A DNA stretch of 57,889 nt, taken from positions 1-57,889 of IMG/VR virus record IMGVR_UViG_3300047551_001006; one strand, written 5' to 3'. The notes under the pieces are model-generated. The model did no database searches, was not told the origin of the DNA, and saw only the letters and a list, made by a program, of their open reading frames with translations. The translations under genes and the position numbers were made by a program. Numbering within the stretch: the first letter of the stretch is position 1; each line of letters opens with the position of its first letter. Of this stretch, positions 1-9,573 are shown piece by piece. This DNA is from a virus. Lineage: Duplodnaviria; Caudoviricetes.

Positions 1-10
1 AACTATAACA

Positions 11-18
11 TATTTATA
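11..18 (+). promoter_or_regulatory. Putative phage late-promoter motif TATTTATA (first of at least 9 exact intergenic copies)
   Basis: Same octamer recurs in short intergenic gaps about 10-50 nt upstream of start codons at 7719, 15198, 25119, 28077, 30574, 40234, 44370 and 49388. Confidence 0.6.
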
Positions 19-50
19 TTAGACAATTTACGTCAGGAGAGGTACAAATT

Positions 51-677
51 ATGGGATATCTAAACAAGTCAACAATCACAGTTGATGCGGTGTTAACGAA
101 AAAGGGTAGAGAACTTCTATCGAAGGGCAGAAGTGAATTCGAAATCACTCAGTTCGCAGTGGCTGATGACGAAGTAGATTACACATTATATACTACTTCT
201 CACCCACTCGGATCGGCATATTATGGTTCAATCATCGAATCGATGCCAGTACTCGAAGCCTCAAGTGATGAAACACAAGCAATGCGATATAAGCTGGTTT
301 CATTAGACAGAGGTACCAAGGAAATTCCAGTTATTTCTTTGGGTGTTTCTTCATATTCACTTAACTACAACGACTCAGTTGTGGTCAGTCCAACAACTAC
401 CGCAGAATTGGCAACCGCAGGTTACACAGCAATTCTTTATGATGGTAATGTAGCAACTTTGACTACAACACAACCACTTGCAGCAGGAACTACCGTTCCA
501 TTCTTTAATGTAAATCAACCAACATCTGCAAACGCAGTCGTTGTACAAGGCTTCAGTTTCAACTTAACAGCTAAGGAATTAACTGTTGACCGTACAACAC
601 AATTAACAATTGTAAACAATCTTACTGGCGCAACCAAGACGGTCACCGTTTCTGTGGCTGCTAAGCCAACAGTATAA
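51..677 (+). CDS. Putative virion structural protein (baseplate/tail-collar-like)
   Basis: 208 aa; SD AGGAG upstream; N-terminus LTKKGRELL..FEITQFAVADD resembles tail-collar/baseplate N-termini; beta-rich C-terminus. Confidence 0.45.
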   Translation: MGYLNKSTITVDAVLTKKGRELLSKGRSEFEITQFAVADDEVDYTLYTTSHPLGSAYYGSIIESMPVLEASSDETQAMRYKLVSLDRGTKEIPVISLGVSSYSLNYNDSVVVSPTTTAELATAGYTAILYDGNVATLTTTQPLAAGTTVPFFNVNQPTSANAVVVQGFSFNLTAKELTVDRTTQLTIVNNLTGATKTVTVSVAAKPTV

Positions 678-691
678 TAGGGGTTTAACAT

Positions 692-1816
692 ATGGCAATT
701 AGAACTTTCGTCCCATTCAACATCGATGAAGATGTGGTACCAGCAAACCAAACCACAGTTACAACTGGTTTGTGGTCTGGTGACACAGGTAGTTTAACTA
801 CCCTCTTCACATCAGCCACGCAGATTTCTGCAAGTGGTGAATATTACTTTGATGCATATGATAAGAACCCAGCAACCGACACAACAGCAGAAGTACAATT
901 CGCTGTAGCATACGGTCATATTTCTGGTGGCGGTTCACCAACACTTGACCAAGATGATTTGGCAGTATTGGCAACTAAAGCAACATATCTACAATATAAG
1001 AATATTTTATTAGATCCAGCAGATGACTTATTCACATTCGGAACTAACAGTCCAGACCACATTTATGTCATCAACGTTCAACGTGCAAGACTAAAGGAAC
1101 AACTTGACCCAGGTAACTGGCTCTTGACACTATCTGGTTCACAAGGTAAATTTACATTTATCGACGATAGTGGTCAAACATTAAGTGCAAAGTCAAAAAC
1201 CAGTAAGTCTGGTCGCGTATTTAACGTAGCATCAGGATCACTAACAGGTATTAGTGGAAGTACAGTATTAACAAGTCAATCTGCAGCAGGTAAGGGATTT
1301 GGTTTAGTATATCCAGATTTGGGTATCATCGTATTGAACCCAGATGCAATCATTCCAACAGTTGGATTCGAATCAGCATCCGCTGGATTTGGTTGTGGTA
1401 CATTCCAAGATTTCACTTACGATACAACAAATACTGCAATCCCATTTGGTCCATTTACTGGTTCATTAACATCAAATGGTGGTGAAGGTCGTGAACAACG
1501 TAACCACGATGGATTGTTACGTTCAATTAAGTTGGGTGGTGACTTCCAAGCACGTTCGGCAGAAACGATTTCTTCAACACATTATTTCGTCCGTTTGAGA
1601 AATAAGGACTTTAATTATACCAATAATCCAACGTTCTATAATAATACTAATGGTCAAATCTTAAACGATGATTTCGTACAAGACCCACGTGTATATCCAA
1701 CATCAATTGGATTATATAATAGTAAAAATGAATTATTGGCAGTTGCAAAACTCAGCCGTCCATTAGAAAAGTCATTCGATAAGGAAGCATTAATTCGCGT
1801 TCGTCTTGACTTCTAA
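692..1816 (+). CDS. Putative baseplate/tail structural protein
   Basis: 374 aa, Thr/Ser/Gly-rich; C-terminal IGLYNSKNELLAVAKLSRP motif typical of phage tail/baseplate proteins. Confidence 0.5.
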   Translation: MAIRTFVPFNIDEDVVPANQTTVTTGLWSGDTGSLTTLFTSATQISASGEYYFDAYDKNPATDTTAEVQFAVAYGHISGGGSPTLDQDDLAVLATKATYLQYKNILLDPADDLFTFGTNSPDHIYVINVQRARLKEQLDPGNWLLTLSGSQGKFTFIDDSGQTLSAKSKTSKSGRVFNVASGSLTGISGSTVLTSQSAAGKGFGLVYPDLGIIVLNPDAIIPTVGFESASAGFGCGTFQDFTYDTTNTAIPFGPFTGSLTSNGGEGREQRNHDGLLRSIKLGGDFQARSAETISSTHYFVRLRNKDFNYTNNPTFYNNTNGQILNDDFVQDPRVYPTSIGLYNSKNELLAVAKLSRPLEKSFDKEALIRVRLDF

Positions 1817-1834
1817 TGAACAAAGGGAGGTTCT

Positions 1835-2770
1835 ATGAGAGCAGTAAAACCTCTCGACAGTGATGGGTACACCAAAAATGATTACGTAGCGTATGTGTCC
1901 CAGAGTTATACAATTACCTCTGGGTCACTTACGAATACAGAATATGTCACAATAGATTTCGCAGACCAACCTTCTGATGATTGGAAGTATCAACAAACCA
2001 GTGATGTTGATTTGGGATATCTAAATTCAAGTAGTGGTATATATTCGTATCCGTTGTTTAGTCTAATAAATCGTGCATTTTATTCTTCACAATCAATTGT
2101 AGAATATGGTACGTCATCGATAGCAGTAACAAAGTTTACACCAAGTGAATCGTTGTATGTGTTTAATATTGCAAACGCAGCAGTTGGTGAAGGAGTAGGA
2201 CCAGGCAGTTTTAGTATTAGAGTTTCTGGTTCATCTCCGATATTAGATGATGGTTATGGTAGACTGTACGTAAATAATACAGGTAGTGTAGTGGGTAATA
2301 TTTTCTACAAGCATGGGTTTGCAGTAGTAAAAAATAACAAAACCGCACCATCACAGTCTATATCAACAAATGGTATTAAGTTATCACCGTTTTTATCAAC
2401 GGATGTGGCATTTAGTTCTTCGTTTACGATTACAGAACATACTGTAGTTTGTAAATTAAGACCAACAGAATTTGATATTTCTTTGTTAAATCACACAATA
2501 GGTTATTACACTTCGGTTACAGGGTCATATGTATCTGGATCTACAACAGTCACATATACTAATTACATACCAAAAGTATCATCGTCGGCTGTAGCACTTT
2601 CGGGACAATCAATCTCTGGACTATTTGATTCTGGAAGTTTAACACCATACGTAACAAAAATTGGATTGTATAATAAAAATTTTGAGTTATTAGCAATAGC
2701 AACATTAGCAAATCCAGTACCAAGAGCAAAGAACGTAGACCAAACTTTTATAGTAAAGTTTGATACCTAA
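1835..2770 (+). CDS. Putative baseplate/tail structural protein, paralogous C-terminus to 692..1816
   Basis: 311 aa; SD GGAGG; C-terminal IGLYNKNFELLAIATLANP. Confidence 0.5.
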   Translation: MRAVKPLDSDGYTKNDYVAYVSQSYTITSGSLTNTEYVTIDFADQPSDDWKYQQTSDVDLGYLNSSSGIYSYPLFSLINRAFYSSQSIVEYGTSSIAVTKFTPSESLYVFNIANAAVGEGVGPGSFSIRVSGSSPILDDGYGRLYVNNTGSVVGNIFYKHGFAVVKNNKTAPSQSISTNGIKLSPFLSTDVAFSSSFTITEHTVVCKLRPTEFDISLLNHTIGYYTSVTGSYVSGSTTVTYTNYIPKVSSSAVALSGQSISGLFDSGSLTPYVTKIGLYNKNFELLAIATLANPVPRAKNVDQTFIVKFDT

Positions 2771-2783
2771 TGTGGAGAATCAC

Positions 2784-3209
2784 ATGTCAAAGTTGTTAAA
2801 TTTATTTAATGGTTCACAATATTCACGTTTGAACACTATTCCAGGTGGTTCGAAGAACTTTAGTGTTAGAAAACAATCGAACACAGAACAAACTGTCCGT
2901 CAAGAAAATGCGGTGGATTTTTTTCCAAATACGTATCAAGATGGATTCGATGTAAATAAACCATCATTAAGTGTGCAAGGATTTGCAAAATCTCCAACAA
3001 CTCAAAATTCGGACTTTACCGGAAATCCAGTTGGTGCCGCAACAATAGAAAACAACGCGTTTGATTCATATAATCGATTTGCTAACGATGCATTTCGTAA
3101 CACATACAATTCAAAATTGGTGCATCGTTATTTAGCAACCGACTCAACAAAACAATATAAGACAGAACAACAAACAGCATTAGGATTAGTATTAACATAT
3201 AACGTCTAA
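2784..3209 (+). CDS. Hypothetical protein (start moved to ATG 2784)
   Basis: GGAG at 2774-2777 precedes ATG 2784; the track start at 2760 overlaps the previous gene. Confidence 0.6.
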   Translation: MSKLLNLFNGSQYSRLNTIPGGSKNFSVRKQSNTEQTVRQENAVDFFPNTYQDGFDVNKPSLSVQGFAKSPTTQNSDFTGNPVGAATIENNAFDSYNRFANDAFRNTYNSKLVHRYLATDSTKQYKTEQQTALGLVLTYNV

Positions 3210-3225
3210 TATAGACGAGGTTACG

Positions 3226-3576
3226 ATGAAGGCAAGAAGTGCAAAAAATAAAGGTAAGCGGTTGCAAAATGCAATCCGTGACTTAATACTCGAACACTTT
3301 CCACAGCTTGAACCTGATGACGTAGTATCTACGTTGATGGGTGATAGTGGGACCGACATTAAACTGTCCCCAGCTGCTCGGAAAGTGTTTCCGTATTCTC
3401 CTGAATGTAAGAACCAAGAAAAGGTGAATATCTGGTCCGCCCTACAACAAGCAGAAACCAATACCAAAGAAAATACCCATCCAGTAGTGTTCTTTAAACG
3501 GAACAATACAAAAACATATGCTATTATAGAAGCAGACCATTTCTTTGAATTGACCAAACCAAAAAATACAAATTAA
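3226..3576 (+). CDS. Holliday junction resolvase-like PD-(D/E)XK nuclease
   Basis: 116 aa; KNKGKRLQ..G.DI..ECKNQE pattern of phage PD-(D/E)XK resolvases. Confidence 0.7.
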   Translation: MKARSAKNKGKRLQNAIRDLILEHFPQLEPDDVVSTLMGDSGTDIKLSPAARKVFPYSPECKNQEKVNIWSALQQAETNTKENTHPVVFFKRNNTKTYAIIEADHFFELTKPKNTN

Positions 3577-3587
3577 TAAATCAACAC

Positions 3588-3616
3588 TTGATTTTTTGAT
3601 AAAGAGATGTTAGTTT
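3588..3616 (+). promoter_or_regulatory. Putative sigma70-type promoter for the primase/Mre11-Rad50 genes
   Basis: TTGATT (3588-3593), 17-nt spacer, TGn-extended TAGTTT (3611-3616); ATG at 3624 has no SD, so the mRNA may be nearly leaderless. Confidence 0.45.
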
Positions 3617-3623
3617 TCAACAT

Positions 3624-4535
3624 ATGAATCTAATATCTCTTTTATCGCAAATACTCGGTGATTACAAGGAAATGGGCAAGGGGGAACATTATTTCTCCTG
3701 TCCGTTTTGCCATCATCACAAGAAGAAGTTTGCGGTTAATGTTCTAAAGAATAAGTGGAAGTGTTGGGTATGTGGTTCACGTGGTAATCATCTAATTGGA
3801 CTATTCAAGAAGTTAGATGTCTCTCCAGCACAGATAAAAGAACTGAAGAAGTGTTTGAATGACGATGATATTAAGAGTTACGTAGATACAAGTGATGAAG
3901 TAGTTGAGTTACATCTTCCATACGAGTTCAAACCACTTTGGAAACCTGTTGATAGTTTTGAATATAAGCACGCAATCAATTATTTGAAGAAGCGTGGCAT
4001 CTCTGGATATGACATCATCCGTTATCGTATGGGATATTGTGAGTCGGGTCAATATGGTGGTCGTATTATCGTTCCCTCATATGGGGTAGATGGGAAGTTG
4101 AATTACTTTGTCGCACGAGCATATCACGACACAAATATGAAATACAAGAACCCACCTGTATCAAAGAATGTGGTGGTATTTGAAGAACAGATTAATTGGA
4201 ACGAACCGATTGTACTAGTGGAAGGAGTATTCGATGCAATCTCAGTTCGACGAAATGCAATCCCGATGTTGGGAAAATTCCTACCAAAAAAATTAGAAGT
4301 CAAACTACTTGAAAATCAAGTCAAGACTGTGTATATTCTTCTTGACGATGATGCACGAACCGAAGCACTCCAACTGGAACAGAAGTTGAAGTCGTTCGGG
4401 ATGAATGTATCCCAAGTCTCTGTGAGTGGTGGTGATGCCGGAGAACTTGGGTTCCAAAAGACTTGGGAGTTTATTAACAACGCCAAGCAATCGACATTTA
4501 AGGACTTTATACAAAGTAGGTTACAGAATACATGA
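3624..4535 (+). CDS. dnaG: DNA primase (zinc-binding domain + TOPRIM)
   Basis: CPFC..HH..CWVC zinc finger; VEGVFDAI and LDDDA TOPRIM acidic motifs. Confidence 0.9.
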   Translation: MNLISLLSQILGDYKEMGKGEHYFSCPFCHHHKKKFAVNVLKNKWKCWVCGSRGNHLIGLFKKLDVSPAQIKELKKCLNDDDIKSYVDTSDEVVELHLPYEFKPLWKPVDSFEYKHAINYLKKRGISGYDIIRYRMGYCESGQYGGRIIVPSYGVDGKLNYFVARAYHDTNMKYKNPPVSKNVVVFEEQINWNEPIVLVEGVFDAISVRRNAIPMLGKFLPKKLEVKLLENQVKTVYILLDDDARTEALQLEQKLKSFGMNVSQVSVSGGDAGELGFQKTWEFINNAKQSTFKDFIQSRLQNT

Positions 4536-7500
4536 AACATACAATTATCGATGTCCCATTCAGTAAGTTACGACGAATAGTTCACCTAGCAGATATTCAT
4601 ATTCGATTATTCAAGCGACACGATGAATATCGTGAATGTTTCGAAACCCTTTATAACCAGTTGCGTCAAGAAGATTTGACCGACTCGGTTATTGTCGTTG
4701 CTGGTGATATTCTCCACGCAAAGACGGATATGAGTCCTGAGATGGTGGTGATGGCAACGGAGTTCCTAAAGTCGTTAGCAGATATCGCACCGACGATTAT
4801 TATCGCAGGTAATCACGACCTCAACCTTTCCAATATGAATAGATTGGATAGTTTGACTCCGTTGGTTACAAGTATCAATCATCCTAATCTGTATTATCTT
4901 AAAAACTCTGGTATCTATACATTTGGTGACACCGACTTCGCAGTATATTCCATCCTCGACGATAAGGAATCATGGCCAACCTATAAGGACTGCACCTCTC
5001 GTCGTAAGGTTGCTCTCTACCACGGACCTGTCCACGGTGCACAAACAGATGCACGATATGTGATTACCAATCGGCATGTTGAGGTGTCTACGTTCAACGG
5101 TTTTGATATGGTATTGTTGGGTGACATCCATCGTTATCAAATCCTCCAAGAGAAGAGTGATGGAAAACCAATTGTAGTATACTCCTCGTCACTCATCCAA
5201 CAGAACCACGGAGAAAGTGTAGATAATCACGGATGGTGTTTGTGGGATATGCAAACCCTTACGCATCAGTTTAGACCACTCCCAAACAACTTTGGATATT
5301 ATACGTTGGAAGTCAAGAACGGAAAGGTACCTGTACTAACAGACGTACCAAAGAATGTTCGTATGCGTATCTTTACGGGTACCTTAGATACTACGGGTGT
5401 CAAGAAGTTAGTGTCGGTATTGAGAAAGCAACACAACATTATTGAATTGAGTATCAATAAGTCCAGACACGATAACACGGAACGAGAGAAGTTAAAGAGT
5501 GGATTGGAAGTAATGGATGTTCAGAATGTCAATCTCCAGAATACTCTTATCCAAGATTGGTTAGAACGGACCTACGATAATACCATCAGTCCAAATTTGA
5601 TGAAGCAAGTGTTGGAGGTCAATAAGAACCTCAATAATGCCATCAATCACGAGGACCATTCTCGTAATGTGAATTGGCGTCCTATCCAACTGAAGTTCTC
5701 CAATATGTTCTCCTATGGTGAGGACAATATCATTAACTTCGGGAAGATGAAGGGAATATACGGAGTGTTCGCACCGAACGCTACGGGTAAGAGTTCATCT
5801 ATGGACGCACTTATTTTCTGTCTCTACGATAAGACCCCACGTGCATTCCGTGGTGACCACATTATGAATAATCGTAAGGACGAATTCACATGCCAATTAA
5901 AGTTTGAAATCAACGATGAAATCTTCTACATTCGTAGAACGGGAACTCGTAAGAAGAATGGTGATGTCAAGGTTGATGTGTCTTTTTGGAAGGAAAATGA
6001 GGACGGAACACACACCTCCTTGAATGGTGAGGACCGTAGAGATACGAACGCCAATATCCGTAATTATGTTGGTAGTTATGAGGACTTCGTATTGACCGCA
6101 TTGAGTGGTCAAACGAGTAATGCTCTCTTCATCGACAAATCACATAGTGAAAGAAAAGACCTTCTTATTCAGTTTATGGGATTAAGTATCTTCGATAAGT
6201 TATGCGACACAGCAAATGACGAGATGAAGGAAATCTCCGGAGCACTTCGTAAGTTTAAGAAGATAGACTTTACCCAGACACTATCTGATACACAGACGAA
6301 GTTGGAAGCTACCCGTGAGGAACATGAACGGGTAGAAGGTATTTTTGGAAGGGTCAAACAGGAACAGGAAACCCTCTACGAAAACTTACGGGAACTCCAA
6401 GGTAAAAAGAAACCTGTTCCAGATATTGAATTAGATATGGATACACTCTTATCGACCAGAGATAAGACCATAGAACTTGCGACATCGTATGAAGAAGGTA
6501 AGCAGGAAGCTGAGAAACGATTAGAAAAACTTAATCAGTATATCACAGAACAAACAAAAGAGTTGTTAGATGCAAACCTTCCAGAATTACGACAAGCGGT
6601 AAGTGAATACGATAGACTATCTGGACTATTTAACAAAGGGTCATCTGCACTTAAATTGACCACTTCCAAGATTGGGGAAAAGGAAAAGTTTAAGACCAAG
6701 TTGGAAAGCTACAAGTATAATCCAAACTGTGATGTCTGTGTAGAAAACAATAAGTCGGTAATTGATGACGCAGAACAAGTCACTCATGAACTAATTGAGT
6801 TGTATGCTCTTCAATCCAACCAAGAAGAAGCTATCGAACAAATCAAGACCCAGATGGAACCCTTGGTCGAAAAGGTTAATCTATGTAGGAACTATGAGAA
6901 ACTACAAACGGATATCCAACAATTCCAGAAGAAGGCAGATGGGGTGGAATTGGAAATCCAGAAGTTAATTACGAATATTGAGAAGTGTGACCGCAAACGA
7001 GAGCAAGTGGAAAACGATATCGAACTTCATCGGTCAAACAAAGAAAATATTGAACACAATTTAGATATTGATAAACAAATCTCGTTCGTCGAACACGACA
7101 TCACGGCAGCTAAGAAAAAGTCAGACCATATGGAAAAGGTCATCCGTGAACTCCACGGTGAGGTCAAGGTATTAGAAGCATCAAAGACCGATATTATGAA
7201 CCAGATTAAGGAAGCTGAAGAGTTGGAGAATACTTACGAAGCGTACAAGTATTATATGGAAGCAGTCGGTCGTGATGGTATCCCATACGAATTGATGAGT
7301 AAGGCAATCCCTAATATCGAAGCTGAAATAAATAATATTTTAACACAGATTGTGGACTTTACTATTTCCCTCGAAGTAGATGGAAAGAACATCGTTGGTA
7401 AGTTAAACTACGACTATGACCGCATTTGGCCGCTGGAAAACTCATCAGGTATGGAACGGTTCATTAGTAGTTTGGCAATCCGTGTAGCATTAATGAACGC

Positions 7501-7714
7501 ATCCAACCTCCCAAAGTCTAACTTCTTGATTATTGATGAAGGCTTGGGGACATTAGACGCGGAAAACTTGAGTTCGATGCACACTCTATTCGGTATCCTA
7601 AAGGCCCAGTTCGACTTCCTTATTGTCATCAGTCATTTGGATGCGGTCAGAGATATGGTAGACAATTTAATTGAGATAAAAAGAGAGGACGGATTCTCCT
7701 ATATCCAATCGTGA
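4532..7714 (+). CDS. Fused Mre11/SbcD phosphoesterase and Rad50/SbcC ABC-ATPase (T4 gp47+gp46-like)
   Basis: N-terminal LADIH, AGDILH, AGNHD, LGDIH; Walker A APNATGKSS; coiled coil with CDVC zinc hook; SSGMERF signature; Walker B FLIIDEG; VISH. Confidence 0.92.
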   Translation: MKHTIIDVPFSKLRRIVHLADIHIRLFKRHDEYRECFETLYNQLRQEDLTDSVIVVAGDILHAKTDMSPEMVVMATEFLKSLADIAPTIIIAGNHDLNLSNMNRLDSLTPLVTSINHPNLYYLKNSGIYTFGDTDFAVYSILDDKESWPTYKDCTSRRKVALYHGPVHGAQTDARYVITNRHVEVSTFNGFDMVLLGDIHRYQILQEKSDGKPIVVYSSSLIQQNHGESVDNHGWCLWDMQTLTHQFRPLPNNFGYYTLEVKNGKVPVLTDVPKNVRMRIFTGTLDTTGVKKLVSVLRKQHNIIELSINKSRHDNTEREKLKSGLEVMDVQNVNLQNTLIQDWLERTYDNTISPNLMKQVLEVNKNLNNAINHEDHSRNVNWRPIQLKFSNMFSYGEDNIINFGKMKGIYGVFAPNATGKSSSMDALIFCLYDKTPRAFRGDHIMNNRKDEFTCQLKFEINDEIFYIRRTGTRKKNGDVKVDVSFWKENEDGTHTSLNGEDRRDTNANIRNYVGSYEDFVLTALSGQTSNALFIDKSHSERKDLLIQFMGLSIFDKLCDTANDEMKEISGALRKFKKIDFTQTLSDTQTKLEATREEHERVEGIFGRVKQEQETLYENLRELQGKKKPVPDIELDMDTLLSTRDKTIELATSYEEGKQEAEKRLEKLNQYITEQTKELLDANLPELRQAVSEYDRLSGLFNKGSSALKLTTSKIGEKEKFKTKLESYKYNPNCDVCVENNKSVIDDAEQVTHELIELYALQSNQEEAIEQIKTQMEPLVEKVNLCRNYEKLQTDIQQFQKKADGVELEIQKLITNIEKCDRKREQVENDIELHRSNKENIEHNLDIDKQISFVEHDITAAKKKSDHMEKVIRELHGEVKVLEASKTDIMNQIKEAEELENTYEAYKYYMEAVGRDGIPYELMSKAIPNIEAEINNILTQIVDFTISLEVDGKNIVGKLNYDYDRIWPLENSSGMERFISSLAIRVALMNASNLPKSNFLIIDEGLGTLDAENLSSMHTLFGILKAQFDFLIVISHLDAVRDMVDNLIEIKREDGFSYIQS

Positions 7715-7752
7715 TAACTATTTATATTGAGTAGTATTCACGTTGAGAGACT

Positions 7753-9573
7753 ATGCCACGAATTAGAAGATCATTATTTAAACAAGGATTAAATGCGGTT
7801 CCTGTCTTAATACAAGACACGAGCCAAGAATCCGTTTATTTTAATATAAAAAAATTAAATAGCTATTTCACAGGAGGTCGTAATGCCTTCCTTATCACAG
7901 GAACAGGATTACTCCAACCCAACACAGATATTTTTATTGAAATATTAGATGTTGATGGTAATCCAATTTATGTTGAAGCTATTAAAAACTTCTCAGAAGC
8001 AGGTTCAAGAGTTGTTGTAGTTGAAATATACGAAAATACCCCACGGGGTGCTGCAACGTTAACGATATTAGGTACAGCAAGACAATTAGCAAATGGTAGT
8101 CCAATTCCTAACGAGTGGGTAGGACAAAGAAATCTTCGTTGGCAAAAGAAATTGGTTATAGAACCCAAAGCAAGAAACGAAACAAGTATTAGAATAAAAA
8201 GACAACCTGAGATAATACTAAATGAACTGTTGTTGACGGGTTCTTTATTATCTCAGTCTATTGTTAATGTACCTCTATCAAACATTACACTAAAACCAAA
8301 AGAAGTATTAAACAAACCACGTGGATATATCGTGTTAACTAATGATGGTGAAGCGGTGAGATTTAGATCATTTCATCTATCACCAAAGATAACAGGAAGT
8401 ATTACACTACAACAAAGAAAATACACAGGTACCATACCAGCAACAACAGAATCTATTGAAGTATTACAATCACATACCGCATCTTTGGATTTAACACTAA
8501 CACTTCAAAACGCATCTAGATCGTTTACTGATAACAATATTACAAGTTCAGTAGATGGAACCATTTTAAACATTACCCCTTTAAAAAATGGTGCGTATGA
8601 AATCGGTGAAACGATATATACAGCATCAGCAACAACATATGTACGTACAGCAAAATCCATAACAGGTTCTATAAATTATTCTTATATTAGTGAAAGTTCT
8701 ACGTTGGTCACAAGTAGTATATTATCGTTTGCAAAACTTCGTATTGTAAATCTTGATACAATTAGTGGTGAAATTTTTAGAATTAAAACATCAAACAAAA
8801 AAGCAGGTTCACAAACGGACTTTGGTTTCATTTCAGACACACCGACTATCGTTGGAGAATTACTAGTCACTGCTTCTGTAGGACAAACTGGTATAGAACA
8901 ACCAATTGGTACATTTAATACGCAAGCAATATTAACGGCTAGTTGGTACGCACACGACACCACAGGTTCCAGTACACCAGATGCATCATATGGAGATGAT
9001 ACATTAAACGCATCTACTCATATAAGCTTAAGTCGAGATGATAATTATATATTAGATGCTGCATATGCCGTGACACCAACAAGTAGTTATTTTATTGGGA
9101 CTAGAGAAGAGTTTGCGTTATTCCCTACATCGGAATACACATTAAAGTTTGATAGTTATGTGTATACGACATCGGCATCATACGCATTCACAGCAAGTCA
9201 ATACGCAGTGGATGTATATTTATCAGGATCTGCAATAGCGGGTAATAATCTTTTTGGACAGAAAATTGGGTCGATAACTACGAATGGAAAAGTAGGATAT
9301 TTCCCAAACAAAACATTCAATTTCTCTGTTCCATTAAGTGGTAGTGCTGGATTACGATTTGTGGTCAATAATGGTTTTTGGCAATTTGCAAATGTTTCAT
9401 TAAAGGTTGCGGAAGAGTACGCATTTAGTCCTGACGAAGTTATTATTACAATACCAAACACAACACAGATAAGTTCTAGTGTTGTGTTTAAAACTGACTT
9501 TTTCGACATCAATAATAACGCACTAGATTTAAACGTACAATCAATACCAACCTTTTTCTCTGGTTCAAGATAA
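7753..9573 (+). CDS. Putative virion structural protein
   Basis: 606 aa, Thr/Ser-rich and beta-like; preceded by TATTTATA at 7719-7726. Confidence 0.45.
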   Translation: MPRIRRSLFKQGLNAVPVLIQDTSQESVYFNIKKLNSYFTGGRNAFLITGTGLLQPNTDIFIEILDVDGNPIYVEAIKNFSEAGSRVVVVEIYENTPRGAATLTILGTARQLANGSPIPNEWVGQRNLRWQKKLVIEPKARNETSIRIKRQPEIILNELLLTGSLLSQSIVNVPLSNITLKPKEVLNKPRGYIVLTNDGEAVRFRSFHLSPKITGSITLQQRKYTGTIPATTESIEVLQSHTASLDLTLTLQNASRSFTDNNITSSVDGTILNITPLKNGAYEIGETIYTASATTYVRTAKSITGSINYSYISESSTLVTSSILSFAKLRIVNLDTISGEIFRIKTSNKKAGSQTDFGFISDTPTIVGELLVTASVGQTGIEQPIGTFNTQAILTASWYAHDTTGSSTPDASYGDDTLNASTHISLSRDDNYILDAAYAVTPTSSYFIGTREEFALFPTSEYTLKFDSYVYTTSASYAFTASQYAVDVYLSGSAIAGNNLFGQKIGSITTNGKVGYFPNKTFNFSVPLSGSAGLRFVVNNGFWQFANVSLKVAEEYAFSPDEVIITIPNTTQISSSVVFKTDFFDINNNALDLNVQSIPTFFSGSR

